Shown in pieces: positions 10,009 through 24,945 of a stretch of DNA of 64,000 nt. The notes under the pieces are model-generated. The model saw only the letters and a list, made by a program, of their open reading frames with translations, made no database searches and had not been told where the DNA came from. Origin of the DNA: an uncultured Alphaproteobacteria bacterium. GTDB taxonomy: Bacteria > Pseudomonadota > Alphaproteobacteria > SMXQ01. Both the position numbers and the translations under genes were made by a program. Position 1 is the first letter of the stretch. The number at the start of each line of letters is the position of its first letter. The DNA lies in the NCBI GenBank assembly GCA_963752345.1, contig CAVVYA010000014.1:102310-166309 (forward strand). Reading direction: 5' to 3'.

Positions 10009-12080
10009 TCATTGGCGGCCCCCGTTGATTCGACGCGAATCCGTCAAGACACTGGTCAACTGACTGGCGTCCGTGATCGGCAGGGAACAGCTCGTGCCGA
10101 TACAGACATAAGCGCTGGCTTTGCCGGCGACCACATTCTTGCCGAAAGCCGGATGGCTTTGCGGCAGAGCGTCGCGCGGGCCGGTCACCATGAGGACACG
10201 GTCCGGCAGGGACACACCATAAACGGCCTCGAACAGCGGCGCCATGGCCGGATCGTCCGTCCTCGCCGACGAGCACGACCTGCACCGCGTGCTGCAGCAG
10301 CAGGTTGTTGTTGAGCAGGGTCGGCAGCGGGAAAAAATTGCGCGCGATCTCGCCGGCGAAGGCGGAGATCGAGCGCCTCGGCGCGGGCGCGATAGGCGTC
10401 CTTGCCGGTGACATAGAACAGCCGCGCCAGCACGCCGGCCATGACGCCGTTGCCCGACGGCGTCGCATTGTCGTGGGCGTTGCGCGTGCGCACGATGAGG
10501 CCCTCGGCGTCGTCGGCCGTGAAGAAATAGCCGCCGTTCTCCGGCGTCCCAGAAATGCGCGTCGAGCGCGCCCACCCAGGCCTCGGCATGGTCGAGATAG
10601 CTCGCCTCGCCGGTGATCTCGTGCAGCATGAGGGCGGCGCGCGCCATCTGGGCATAGTCGTCGAGCATGCCGGTGCCGCGCTTCGTTGCCGGCGCGCAGG
10701 CTGTGCACCAGACGCCCACTGTCCCTGTCGTCGTCGCTCATGTTTTCGCGCGACGAAATCGAACGCGCGCATCGCCGCTGCGACCCAGTCCTCGCGCTCG
10801 AACACCGCGCCCGCGTTGGCCATGGCGGCGATCATCAAGCCGTTCCAGTCGGCCAGCACCTTGTCGTCCCAGCCCGGGCGCACGCGCTTGTCGCGCGCGG
10901 CGAGCAGCTTGCGCCGCGCGTCCGCGAGCCGCGTTTCGGTCGCCTCGTCCGGCCATTGCGGGCGATGGGTGCGGTTGAGAATGGTATGGCCTTCCCAATT
11001 GCCGCCCGGCCGCACGTCGTAATAGCCCTTGAACACGCGAGGCCTCGTCCGGGCCGAGCACGGCGTCGATCTCGGCTTCGCTCCAGACATAGAATTTTCC
11101 CTCGACGCCTTCGCTGTCCGCATCGAGCGTCGCGGCGAACCCGCCGCCCCATCGCTCGGGCGATCATCTCGCGCAGCACCCAGCCGATGGTTTCGGCGAT
11201 GCGCGCGGCGTAGAGCGGCGAGCGCGTCTCCTGCCAGACCAGCGTCAGGATGTCGATCATCTGCGCATTGTCGTAGAGCATCTTTTCGAAATGCGGCACG
11301 AGCCAATACTGGTCGGTGGAGTAGCGCGCGAAGCCGCCGCCGAGATGATCGTAGATGCCGCCCTGGCTCATCTTGTCGAGGCTGAGCGTGACGATGTCGC
11401 GGAATTGCGTGTTGCCGGTGCGCAGGAAAGCGCGCCACATCAGCTCGTAGTGGCTGGCGTGGGGAAACTTCGGCGCGGTGCCGAGGCCGCCGTGCACCGC
11501 ATCGAACTGCTGCAGCATATGGTCGGCGATGCGATCGACCAGGGTCGCCGGAATCAGCGCGCCCTTTTGCGAATCCCCGAGCTTGCCGAGCGCCTCGCGC
11601 AGGTTGGCGACGTTCTGCGCCACCGCGTCGGGCTGGTTGTGATAGACCTCGGAGACTTTCGCCAGGATGTCGCGGAAGGCGGGGCGGCCGTAGCGCGGCT
11701 CGGGCGGAAAATAGGTGCCGCCCCAGAACGGCTCGCCGTCCGGGCGTGAGGAACATGGTGAGCGGCCAGCCGCCTTGTTCGCCGATCAGCGCCAGCGCCG
11801 ATTGATAGATCGTGTCGATGTCGGGCCGTTCCTCGCGGTCGACCTTGATCGGCACGAAGAGATCGTTCATCACCTGCGCGGTCTGCGGATCCTCGAAGCT
11901 TTCGTGCGCCATGACATGGCACCAGTGGCAGGCCGCGTAGCCGACCGAGAGCAGGATCGGCTTTTTGAAACGCTTGGCCTCGGCGAGCGCCTCGGGGCTC
12001 CAGGCCCGCCAATGCACGGGGTTATCCTTGTGCTGCAACAGATAGGGGCTGGTTTCCTGGGCCAGGAGATTGGCGGACAT
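10009..12080 (-). CDS. yyaL: Thioredoxin-domain protein YyaL (DUF255, N-acylglucosamine-2-epimerase-like), with multiple frameshifts.
   Basis: [57 protein letters not shown]...; later segments ([34 protein letters not shown]; [13 protein letters not shown]) are spread over three frames. Confidence 0.7.
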
Positions 12081-12211
12081 GCGCGGATCCAATCGAAAGC
12101 GAAGATGAGACGAGAAAGCGGAAGGCGAGCCGTTGCGGTCGCGCCGGCAATTCCCTAGTTTGGCGCGTCCGCTGGTGAGAACAACCCTCTTTCAACGAAC
12201 GGCACGGCGGA

Positions 12212-13557
12212 ATGGACCGACAGATGAGCAGGGACGCGGGCGAGACGATCTTTGCCTTGGCGAGCGCGCCGGGACGCGCCGGCATCGCGGTGTTTCGCAT
12301 CTCCGGCGCGCGGGCGCGCGATGTCTTTGCGCACCTGTGCCGGCACGCGGTGCCGCCGCCGCGCCAGGCGGTGCGCGTGCAACTGTTCGATCCGCGCAGC
12401 GGCGAGGCCGCCGAAGACGGTTTGGCGCTGTGGTTTCCCGCACCGCGCAGCTTCACCGGCGAAGACGTGGTCGAGCTCCATCTCCACGGCGGCCGGGCCA
12501 GCATCGCGGCGGCGCTCGAACTCTTGTCGCGATTGCCGGGGCTGCGTCTGGCCGAGCCGGGAGAATTCACCCGGCGCGCCTTCGAGCACGGCAAGCTCGA
12601 CCTGACCGCCGCCGAAGGCCTCGCCGATCTGATCGACGCGGAGACCGAGGCCCAGCGCCGCCAGGCCCGCCGCCAGCTCGATGGCGAACTCGGGCGGCTC
12701 TACGAGGATTGGCGGGCGCGGCTGATGCGCGGGCTGGCGCATCTCGAGGCCGAAATCGATTTTGTCGATGAAGACCTGCCGGACGACGCGACCGCCGGCC
12801 TGCGCCAGGAAATCACTCATATTAATCAATGAGATAGAAACGCACTTGGCGGACCGCCATCGGGGCGAGCGGCTGCGCGAGGGCGTAAGCATTGCTATCG
12901 TCGGTGCGCCGAACGTCGGAAAATCAAGTCTTCTCAATGCCTTGGCGCGCCGGGAGGCGGCCATCGTCGCATCGCGCGCCGGCACGACCCGCGATGTCAT
13001 CGAGGTCCATCTGGATCTCGGCGGCTATCCGGTGATCCTCGCCGACACGGCGGGACTGCGCGAGTCGGACGATGAGATCGAGGCCGAGGGTATTCGGCGC
13101 GCCAGAGCGCGGGCCGCCGCCGCCGACCTCAAGCTCGTGCTGTGCGATGCCAGCGCCCCGGATTTGGACAAGCAAACCCTTGGCATGATTGACGAAACCG
13201 CGATAATCGTGCGCAGCAAGGCAGATCTTGCGCCGCCCTCGGCCGGCGATTCGGGATCCGGCGATTGCCGTTTCCGCCAAGACCGGCATGGGTATCCCGG
13301 CGCTCTTGAAGCGGCTGGAACGCGAGGTGGCGCAACGGTTTGACGTGAGCGGCGCGCCGGCGATCACGCGCGCGCGCCATCGCGCGGCGCTGCAGGACTG
13401 CCGTGTCAGCCTGGCGCGGGCAGCGGCGGCGTCGCAGCCGGAGCTCATGGCGGAGGACCTGCGGCTGGCGACGCGCGCGTTGGGCCGCATCACCGGCCGG
13501 GTGGGTGTCGAGGATGTGCTCGATGTCATTTTCAAAGATTTCTGCATCGGGAAATAG
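12212..13557 (+). CDS. mnmE: tRNA modification GTPase MnmE (TrmE), with two frameshifts.
   Basis: [22 protein letters not shown]; G-domain [16 protein letters not shown]; C-terminal ...[11 protein letters not shown]. The pieces lie in frames 12212.., 12762.. and 13228... Confidence 0.85.
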
Positions 13558-13564
13558 CCGTTCA

Positions 13565-13580
13565 TGTTTCACGTGAAACA
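13565..13580. promoter_or_regulatory. parS: parS centromere site (copy 1).
   Basis: TGTTTCACGTGAAACA is a perfect 16/16 match to the ParB-binding parS consensus. It lies in the mnmE-mnmG intergenic region. Confidence 0.75.
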
Positions 13581-13606
13581 AACATGCGCTGCGCAGTCGG
13601 ACTTCA

Positions 13607-13622
13607 CGTTTCACGTGAAACA
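13607..13622. promoter_or_regulatory. parS: parS centromere site (copy 2, 15/16 match).
   Basis: CGTTTCACGTGAAACA, 26 bp downstream of copy 1. Confidence 0.65.
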
Positions 13623-13682
13623 ATCGGACCATGCTCATCCGCGCTTTTGACTTTCGCCAGCGCGCTCCCTACATTCGCCGCC

Positions 13683-15554
<1,872 letters not shown>

Positions 15555-15580
<26 letters not shown>

Positions 15581-16218
15581 CGGCCAAGCGCCGCTGACGC
15601 CCGAGGCGTTTGCCGGGCAAGTTCATGTTTCACGTGAAACAATGGCGCGTCTCGCAACCTATGCCGAGCTTCTGCGAAAATGGAATCCGGCCATCAATCT
15701 GGTGAGCCGGGATAGTCTGGCCGATCTCTGGCGGCGCCATTTCCTCGATTCGGCCCAGCTCGCCGACCTGATTCCCGCCGGCCGGCCGAGTCACCATCGT
15801 CGACATGGGCTCGGGGGCCGGCTTTCCTGGCTTGGTGCTGGCGATCATGGGCGCGGAGCCGGGGCGGCAGTGGACGGTGCATCTGGTGGAATCCGACAGC
15901 CGGAAGGCCGCCTTCCTCGCCACCGTCGCGCGGGAAACCGGTGTGCCGGTCGAGGTGCATAACAAGCGGCTCGAAAATCTCGGGCCCGTGGCCGCCGATG
16001 TGGTGGTCGCGCGCGCTCTAGCTCCGCTGGATAAACTTGTGGATTACGCGCGTCCCTTGCTCAAGCCGGACGGCCAATGTCTGTTTCTAAAGGGGGTGGG
16101 CGCGGAGGACGAATTGACCGCCGCGCACAAAACATGGACAATGACCATCGATCGACTGCCCAGCCGTTCCGGCCCGTCTGGGGTGGTCCTGCGTCTTAGG
16201 GAAATTTCCCGTGTCTGA
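15555..16218 (+). CDS. rsmG: 16S rRNA (guanine527-N7)-methyltransferase RsmG (GidB), with one frameshift near 15785.
   Basis: ...[42 protein letters not shown]..., then frame 15805.. [15 protein letters not shown]... Confidence 0.8.
15626..15641. promoter_or_regulatory. parS: parS centromere site (copy 3), lying inside the rsmG coding sequence.
   Basis: TGTTTCACGTGAAACA is a perfect match. Read in the rsmG frame, it encodes the VSRET motif. Confidence 0.75.
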
Positions 16219-17065
16219 TCAAGTCGTTAGCCCTGCCGCCGGCGCTTCCGAACAGAGCACCAGCGAGGCCCCGCCGACCCTGCGGCAGGCCCGCATCATT
16301 GCCGTCGCCAACCAAAAAGGCGGTGTCGGCAAGACCACCACGGCGATCAACCTGGCGACGGCCCTGGCGGCCATCGGCAGCCGCGTTTTGGTTGTGGATT
16401 TAGATCCCCAGGGCAATGCCAGCACCGGCCTCGGCATCGGCCACGATCAGCGCCAGCGCGGCAGCTATGACATGCTGCTCGGACGCTACGGCCTCGCCGA
16501 TTGCCACGTGCAAAGCCAGGTTCCCGGCCTGGATGTCGTGCCAAGCACTGTCGATCTAGCTGGCGGTGAACTAGACCTTATCGATATGGATAAGCGCGAG
16601 TACCGCCTGCGGGATTCCATCGGCCGGGTCCGCGCACTCTATGACTACGTGCTGATCGATTGCCCGCCGGCTCTCGGCCTGCTCACCCTCAATGCCCTGG
16701 TCGCGGCCGATTCCGTGCTCGTGCCGCTGCAGTGCGAATTCTTCGCGCTCGAAGGCCTCAGCCATCTGCTCAAGACCATCGAGCGCGTCAGGCGCAGCCT
16801 CAATCCGGCGCTCGAGCTGCAGGGCGTGGTGCTCACCATGTTCGATGCGCGCAACAACCTCAGCGAGATGGTGTCCGCCGACGTGCGCGGTTTCCTCGGC
16901 GAAAAAGTCTACACGACCGTCATTCCGCGCAATGTCCGCGTGTCCGAGGCGCCGTCGCACGGCAAGCCGATCCTGCTCTACGATCTGCGCTGCGCGGGCT
17001 CGCAAGCCTACATTCATCTGGCGAAAGAAGTGCTGCAGCGCGAGCAGCAGGGGGGAGCTGCATGA
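16211..17065 (+). CDS. parA: Chromosome partitioning ATPase ParA.
   Basis: Deviant Walker A motif AVANQKGGVGKTTTAINLA. Intact 284 aa ORF. Confidence 0.9.
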   Translation: MSDQVVSPAAGASEQSTSEAPPTLRQARIIAVANQKGGVGKTTTAINLATALAAIGSRVLVVDLDPQGNASTGLGIGHDQRQRGSYDMLLGRYGLADCHVQSQVPGLDVVPSTVDLAGGELDLIDMDKREYRLRDSIGRVRALYDYVLIDCPPALGLLTLNALVAADSVLVPLQCEFFALEGLSHLLKTIERVRRSLNPALELQGVVLTMFDARNNLSEMVSADVRGFLGEKVYTTVIPRNVRVSEAPSHGKPILLYDLRCAGSQAYIHLAKEVLQREQQGGAA

Positions 17066-17988
17066 CCGACGAAGGAGACACCAGGAAAGCGCGTCAGACC
17101 GGCCGGCAGAATCTCGGCCGTGGATTGGCCGCGCTGTTCGGCGAGGAGACGCAGGCGGCCGACAACGCGGAGCTCGATCGAATCCGGCCGTTGAAAATGG
17201 TGCCGATCGAATTCCTCCGCCCGGGACGTTTCCAGCCGCGCCACAATTTCGATCCGGTGCAGATCCAGTCGCTCGTCGATTCGGTGCGCGAGAAGGGCAT
17301 CCTGCAGCCCATTCTGGTGCGCCGTTTGCCGAATGAGCCGAACGCCTACGAGATCGTCGCCGGCGAGCGCCGCTGGCGCGCCGCGCAAGTCGCGCAGCTG
17401 CATGAAGTGCCGGTCACCATCCGCGATCTCGCCGATCGCGAAGCGCTCGAGATCGCGCTCGTCGAAAACATCCAGCGCGAAAACCTCAACGCGATGGAAG
17501 AAGCGGAAGGCTATCGCCGTCTGCTCGAGGAATTCCAGCACACCCAGGAAGACCTGGCCAAGGCCGTGGGCAAAAGCCGCAGCCATGTCGCCAACATGAT
17601 GCGCCTCTTGTCGCTGCCCAATGCCGTGCGCGCGATGGTGGAAGCTGGCGATCTCAGCGCCGGACACGCGCGCGCCTTGATCGGCGTCGACAATGCCGAA
17701 GCCATCGCGCGCGACGTGGTCAAGCAAGGCCTCAATGTGCGGCAGACCGAGAAGCTGATCCAGGCGGGCCGCTCGCCGGCGAAGCCGGCCAAGGCCACGC
17801 CGCCGCCACCGCCGGCCAAGGACACCAACACGCTCGCGCTCGAACGCGACCTGTCCAATCTCTTGGGCCTGAAGGTTTCAATCTCGTTTCGCGGCGGCGC
17901 CGGCGAACTGACCGTCCACTACCAGACGCTCGATCAGCTCGACGACGTGTTGCGGCGCCTGAAGAAACAGCCCGGCCGCCACGACTGA
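17062..17988 (+). CDS. parB: Chromosome partitioning protein ParB.
   Basis: The ATGA start overlaps the parA stop. ParB box [11 protein letters not shown] region, then a C-terminal dimerisation domain. Confidence 0.9.
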   Translation: MTDEGDTRKARQTGRQNLGRGLAALFGEETQAADNAELDRIRPLKMVPIEFLRPGRFQPRHNFDPVQIQSLVDSVREKGILQPILVRRLPNEPNAYEIVAGERRWRAAQVAQLHEVPVTIRDLADREALEIALVENIQRENLNAMEEAEGYRRLLEEFQHTQEDLAKAVGKSRSHVANMMRLLSLPNAVRAMVEAGDLSAGHARALIGVDNAEAIARDVVKQGLNVRQTEKLIQAGRSPAKPAKATPPPPPAKDTNTLALERDLSNLLGLKVSISFRGGAGELTVHYQTLDQLDDVLRRLKKQPGRHD

Positions 17989-18014
17989 CGACGGCCGTCG
18001 CTTCGCGCGCGAAA

Positions 18015-19055
18015 TTACCGCGCGGGCGCGGACCGACGGGCCGCGCCGGCGATCTGCATGAGCACACGGCCACAGATCAATTCGCTCGGCATGCCGGTCG
18101 TCTTGCAGTCCATCTCGGCTTTGAGCAACAGCTCCATGGCCTGGCCGAGGCGCTCGGTCGGCCAGTGCCGGAGCGCTGCCTTGAATGCCGGCACCGCCTT
18201 GAAAAACACCGGCGGGCGCAGCGTTTTCATCGCCGCCTCCACATTGCCGCCTGCAGGCGTCTTGCCGGCCACATAATGCAAGCGCTCGAAATGGCGCTGG
18301 ATCAGGCGCAGAATCTGAATCGGATTGGCGCCCTCGTGCAACACGCGCGCATAGGTGCGGTCGAGCAGCGCCTGATCGCCGGCGGTCAGCGCGGAAGCGA
18401 GATCGTCGATGCCGCGCTCCGACGAATCCCCGACGCAGGCTTCGGCGTCCTCCAGCGTCACGGTCTTGCGGTCCGCGGCGTAGAGCGCGAGCTTTTCGAT
18501 TTCGCTGCGCGTGATCATGCGATCGCCGCCGAGCTGGCTGGCGAGAAACTCGAGCGCGTCAGGCGCCACGGATAGACCGCGCTGGCGCAGGCTTTGCTCG
18601 ATGACGTCCGTCAGCGTCGAGTCGTCGTCCAGGTAGCAAGCGATCGCCGCCGCCGCCGGGTGTTCCTCGAACAAGGCGCGCAGGCTTGAGCGCGGCGCCA
18701 GGTTGCCCGCTTCGATGACGACGAGCGCGCCCACGGCGGTCGTATCGGCGAGCAACTCTTCCATCGCGGCGGCGAGCGAGTCGGTCGCGTTGCGCAGCCG
18801 CACGGCGCGCCGCCCGCCGGTCAGCGACAGGGCGTTGGCTTCATCACGGAGCAACGCGGGGTCGTCCTTGAGATCGCCGAGGGTCACCTCGCGGGTGCGG
18901 AACGGATCGTCCAGGCTGCCGGCGACGCTCTTGACCAGAGTCTCGGCGCGCTCGCGCACCAGACCGGCATCGGGGCCGTAGACCAGCACCGCGCGAATCG
19001 CCGCATCGGGTTTGCGGGCGAAGGCTTCGGCGCGGGCCGGGGCGATCTTCACCAT
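18015..19055 (-). CDS. holA: DNA polymerase III delta subunit.
   Basis: MVKIAPARAEAFARKPDAAIRAVLVYGPDAGLV... Conserved leuS-lptE-holA gene order. Confidence 0.75.
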   Translation of the reverse strand: MVKIAPARAEAFARKPDAAIRAVLVYGPDAGLVRERAETLVKSVAGSLDDPFRTREVTLGDLKDDPALLRDEANALSLTGGRRAVRLRNATDSLAAAMEELLADTTAVGALVVIEAGNLAPRSSLRALFEEHPAAAAIACYLDDDSTLTDVIEQSLRQRGLSVAPDALEFLASQLGGDRMITRSEIEKLALYAADRKTVTLEDAEACVGDSSERGIDDLASALTAGDQALLDRTYARVLHEGANPIQILRLIQRHFERLHYVAGKTPAGGNVEAAMKTLRPPVFFKAVPAFKAALRHWPTERLGQAMELLLKAEMDCKTTGMPSELICGRVLMQIAGAARRSAPAR

Positions 19056-19086
19056 GACCGGACCTGAACCGTCGCCATGCGCGCAG

Positions 19087-19626
19087 TCACGGCTGCGCGG
19101 TCTTCGCGGTCTTGTACTTGGAAAGCACGATCGAGACGCGCGTCGTGATCTGCTCGCTGAGATCGCGGACGGCGCGCCGCACCGCATCGGCCTCGCTGAT
19201 GGTGCTGGCGAAATCCGAATCGAGAATATCGAAGCCGTCGATTGAACGTCCCTGGCCGCTGAACAGCACCGTGCCGGTTGCGATGTCGCGCACCACATAG
19301 TTGGCCAACATCGTCAGGTTCACCCGGCTGGCGGTGTCATCGGTGCGGATGCCCAGCGCCGCGCGGCTGGTCTGTAAACCGATCGACAATCCATAGCGCG
19401 GCTTTACCGCGCTGCCGGCGGCGTGAAAGCGATCGAGCAGTTCGTTGCGCAGCATTTGACCCTCGCGGTCTCGGATCAGGTCGATCTGGACCGCCGCCAG
19501 TTCGTCGCTGGACAGCGCCTGCACGCCGCGGTCGCCATAGAGCGGCTGAAACCCGCAGGCGGCGAGTCCGAACAGAGCCAACCCCACCACGATGAGGCGC
19601 AACGCGGAGGATCGTTTCGGCTGCAT
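19087..19626 (-). CDS. lptE: LPS-assembly lipoprotein LptE (RlpB).
   Basis: Lipobox LAACGF; small 179 aa ORF immediately downstream of leuS. Confidence 0.6.
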   Translation of the reverse strand: MQPKRSSALRLIVVGLALFGLAACGFQPLYGDRGVQALSSDELAAVQIDLIRDREGQMLRNELLDRFHAAGSAVKPRYGLSIGLQTSRAALGIRTDDTASRVNLTMLANYVVRDIATGTVLFSGQGRSIDGFDILDSDFASTISEADAVRRAVRDLSEQITTRVSIVLSKYKTAKTAQP

Positions 19627-19627
19627 G

Positions 19628-22237
<2,610 letters not shown>

Positions 22238-22399
22238 CGGCTATCTTGTAGTGGAAAAATCGCCGAACCCCAAGCCGGGGACGGCAGAATCATTGCGGAA
22301 AACCGACTAATCCACGGCCGTCGGACGTCCGTCACGGGGCACCTGCAATGCCGCGCTTCGCGGATGCCGTCAAGTTTTTCCCATGCCGAGACCAGATTC

Positions 22400-24694
22400 C
22401 TAGGATGCCCGGCCCGCCACCCGTTCGAGCCAGGCGGCGAGCGCCGAGATTGGCGCTGGATCGGCGTAGAGCCGGTCGTTTCGCGCGGCGATCTTCGCGC
22501 TGATGCTCGCCCGCCAGGCTGGATTTCGGCCAAGCTCAGCCGCGATGGCTACATAGTCGGCCCGATCACGTGCGATGAGCTCCGGCAGACCGAGGCGCGT
22601 CAGGATGGCCGCCGCATGGCGCGCCCGCATCATTGCGCCCGGGAGGGTGACCAAGGGCCGATCGAAAGCCAGCGCCTCCAGGGTCGAGTTGTTGCCGGAC
22701 CACGTAAAGGAATCGAGCACGATATCGACCGAGCGGTTGAGCGCGTAGAAATCCTGCATGCTCAGGCGCGGCACGAGATGGACACGGCTTTCGTCGACGC
22801 CCTTGTCCATGAAGGCGGCGCCGATGCGGCGGCGGAACACATCGGTGATGGCCATTTCGTGATGGGAAATGAAGAGAAAATCGGCTTCGGGCACGGCGTT
22901 GGCTATGTCGGCGAATACCCGATCGTCCTGCGGCAGCAATTTGTAGAGACTTTGGTTGCACAGATAGAGCACCCGTCGCGCGTCCTTGAGAGTCTGCACG
23001 ATCGCCGGCACCGTGCCGTCGCCACCAGCGGGGCGCGGGTAGCACGAGGCCAAGTTGGGCAAGCGGACGAGCTGTTCAGTGTAGTGCGCCTCGGCGCCCG
23101 GCGGCTCCATCAGCTCGCTCGACAGGAAATAGTCCATAGCCGCCAGCCCTGACGTGACGGGATGGCCGCCGCCATTGGCCTGCACCGGCGCCAGCCGGAG
23201 GGCGGCGGGAATCTGGGCCTTCGATTCCATTCCAAGGTCCGGCCAGATGAGGACATCGAGACCGGCGCCCGCGATCGTTTCGACCAGGGCGCTCTGGTTC
23301 ATACGCCCACAATCGTAGTAGCGGCCGTGCCGCTTCAGGCGCTCGGTCGTCTCGTCGGTCACCACACCTAGATGAAACAGCGACACCTCGAACCGTTCGC
23401 GCGGCAAGTCCGTCATCCAGGCGCCGTGGGTCTTGGCGATGCTGTGGTTGTGCAGGAACGTGCTGGCGAAACCGACGCGGATCTTGTCCGCCTGCGCCTG
23501 TGGGCGCGGCTTGGTAAATTGCGGAAATGCCGCCGCGGCAACCTGGCTGACGAGAGCGCCATAGCGCATCTGCAAGTCGTGATCATTCTCGCCCTGGTAA
23601 TGCAGATAGAAATTGGTGCGCGAGGCAATTGCCGTGACCATGTCCGGATGGTCGGTTGCGATATGGTCCGGCAGATCGCGCTCCAGCGCCGCCAGATCGG
23701 CCGCGAAGCCGCGCCGCGCATCGGCGATTTCCCGTTCGTTGCGGTAGAGGACCGGCAAAGCGGTCAGGAGCCCCCAGCGCGCCCGCCAATGGCGCGGATT
23801 GCGCTCCGCCACGCGCTTGAAGGCGGCTCGCGCCTCGTCGATTCGGCTGAGCGATCGTAGAGCGAAGCCTAAACGGGCCAGCGCCGTCTGATTTTCTGGT
23901 TGAAGCGCGAGCGCCGCCTGGAAATAGGGCAAGGCCTCGGCATGGCGTTTGCCTTGCGTCAAAAGGATAGCGAGATTGCAATTGGCGTCCGCGTGGTTGG
24001 GCGCGAGCGCGAGCGCCGCGCGCAGGCTCGTCTCGGCTTCATCGCGCCGGCCGAGGGCCCCCAGGGCTACGCCAAGAGTGTGGTGCGTCTCGGCATTGCC
24101 GCCGTGGCCGGGCGCGAGCGCGAGCGCCGCGCGCAAGGTCGTCACGGCCTCGGCTCGCCGGCCCTGGGCCAGCAGCACGACGCCGAGGCGGTTGTGCAAT
24201 TCCGGATTGCCTGGGTCAATGGCAAGGGCGGCGCGGAGCTGGGTTTCCGCTTGGGCGAATTCGCCGCGCCGTGCATGCACGCCGGCCAGGTTGCTGCGCA
24301 GATCGACGCGCGCGGGCGCCAAGGCAATCGCCTCGGTGAGTCGGCCGAATGCCTCGTCCAGGTGGCCGCGCTTGAAGGCCAGCGCGCCGAGACCGGCGAG
24401 CGCTGCCACCCGGCCGTCGCCAAGGTTCAGTGCCTGGTGAAAGCAAGCTTGCGCCTCGTCATCCTTGTTCAACTGCGCGGCGACCCGGCCGAGCGCGCAG
24501 AGCAGGTCGCTCGAGGGCGGACCACGACGTTCCGCATGGCGAAACAGGCGATAGGCCTCTTCACGTCGGCCGGCGCGCGCCGCAATGACCCCCAATTCGT
24601 AGAGCGCGACCAGATTGTCCGGCTCGCGCGCCAGAGCGGCACGCCATTTCGCCTCCATTTCACCGAAGTCGTGGGACGGATTGCTCATGGCCAT
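22400..24694 (-). CDS. TPR-repeat protein with a C-terminal GT41 (O-GlcNAc-transferase-like) glycosyltransferase domain.
   Basis: N-terminal TPR repeats. The C-terminal half shares about 60-70% identity, by eye, with the second copy (GFASTFLHNHSIAKTHGAWMTDLPRERFEVSLFHL...GHPVTSGL...LVRLPN...). Confidence 0.75.
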   Translation of the reverse strand: MAMSNPSHDFGEMEAKWRAALAREPDNLVALYELGVIAARAGRREEAYRLFRHAERRGPPSSDLLCALGRVAAQLNKDDEAQACFHQALNLGDGRVAALAGLGALAFKRGHLDEAFGRLTEAIALAPARVDLRSNLAGVHARRGEFAQAETQLRAALAIDPGNPELHNRLGVVLLAQGRRAEAVTTLRAALALAPGHGGNAETHHTLGVALGALGRRDEAETSLRAALALAPNHADANCNLAILLTQGKRHAEALPYFQAALALQPENQTALARLGFALRSLSRIDEARAAFKRVAERNPRHWRARWGLLTALPVLYRNEREIADARRGFAADLAALERDLPDHIATDHPDMVTAIASRTNFYLHYQGENDHDLQMRYGALVSQVAAAAFPQFTKPRPQAQADKIRVGFASTFLHNHSIAKTHGAWMTDLPRERFEVSLFHLGVVTDETTERLKRHGRYYDCGRMNQSALVETIAGAGLDVLIWPDLGMESKAQIPAALRLAPVQANGGGHPVTSGLAAMDYFLSSELMEPPGAEAHYTEQLVRLPNLASCYPRPAGGDGTVPAIVQTLKDARRVLYLCNQSLYKLLPQDDRVFADIANAVPEADFLFISHHEMAITDVFRRRIGAAFMDKGVDESRVHLVPRLSMQDFYALNRSVDIVLDSFTWSGNNSTLEALAFDRPLVTLPGAMMRARHAAAILTRLGLPELIARDRADYVAIAAELGRNPAWRASISAKIAARNDRLYADPAPISALAAWLERVAGRAS

Positions 24695-24945
24695 TCTTGT
24701 AATTGAAAAAGCGCCCGATCCCAAGGCGTCGCGCGCCCGGCGCATGTGGCGGCCGTGAAAACCATGGCAGGCGGCGGGCCCTCGCGGACCGTGCCAAACG
24801 CCGCGCTTCACCCGCTCCGTCAAGCCCCGGGCGCAAGGGGCGCGGGGCCGGCGAGGTGGGCGCCACGCCGGTCTGGTCTTCACCGCCGCCGTGGGGTAGA
24901 GAAAGCGGACCCTCCGTCCTCCCGCTCAGATCCGCAGCAGGTCCC

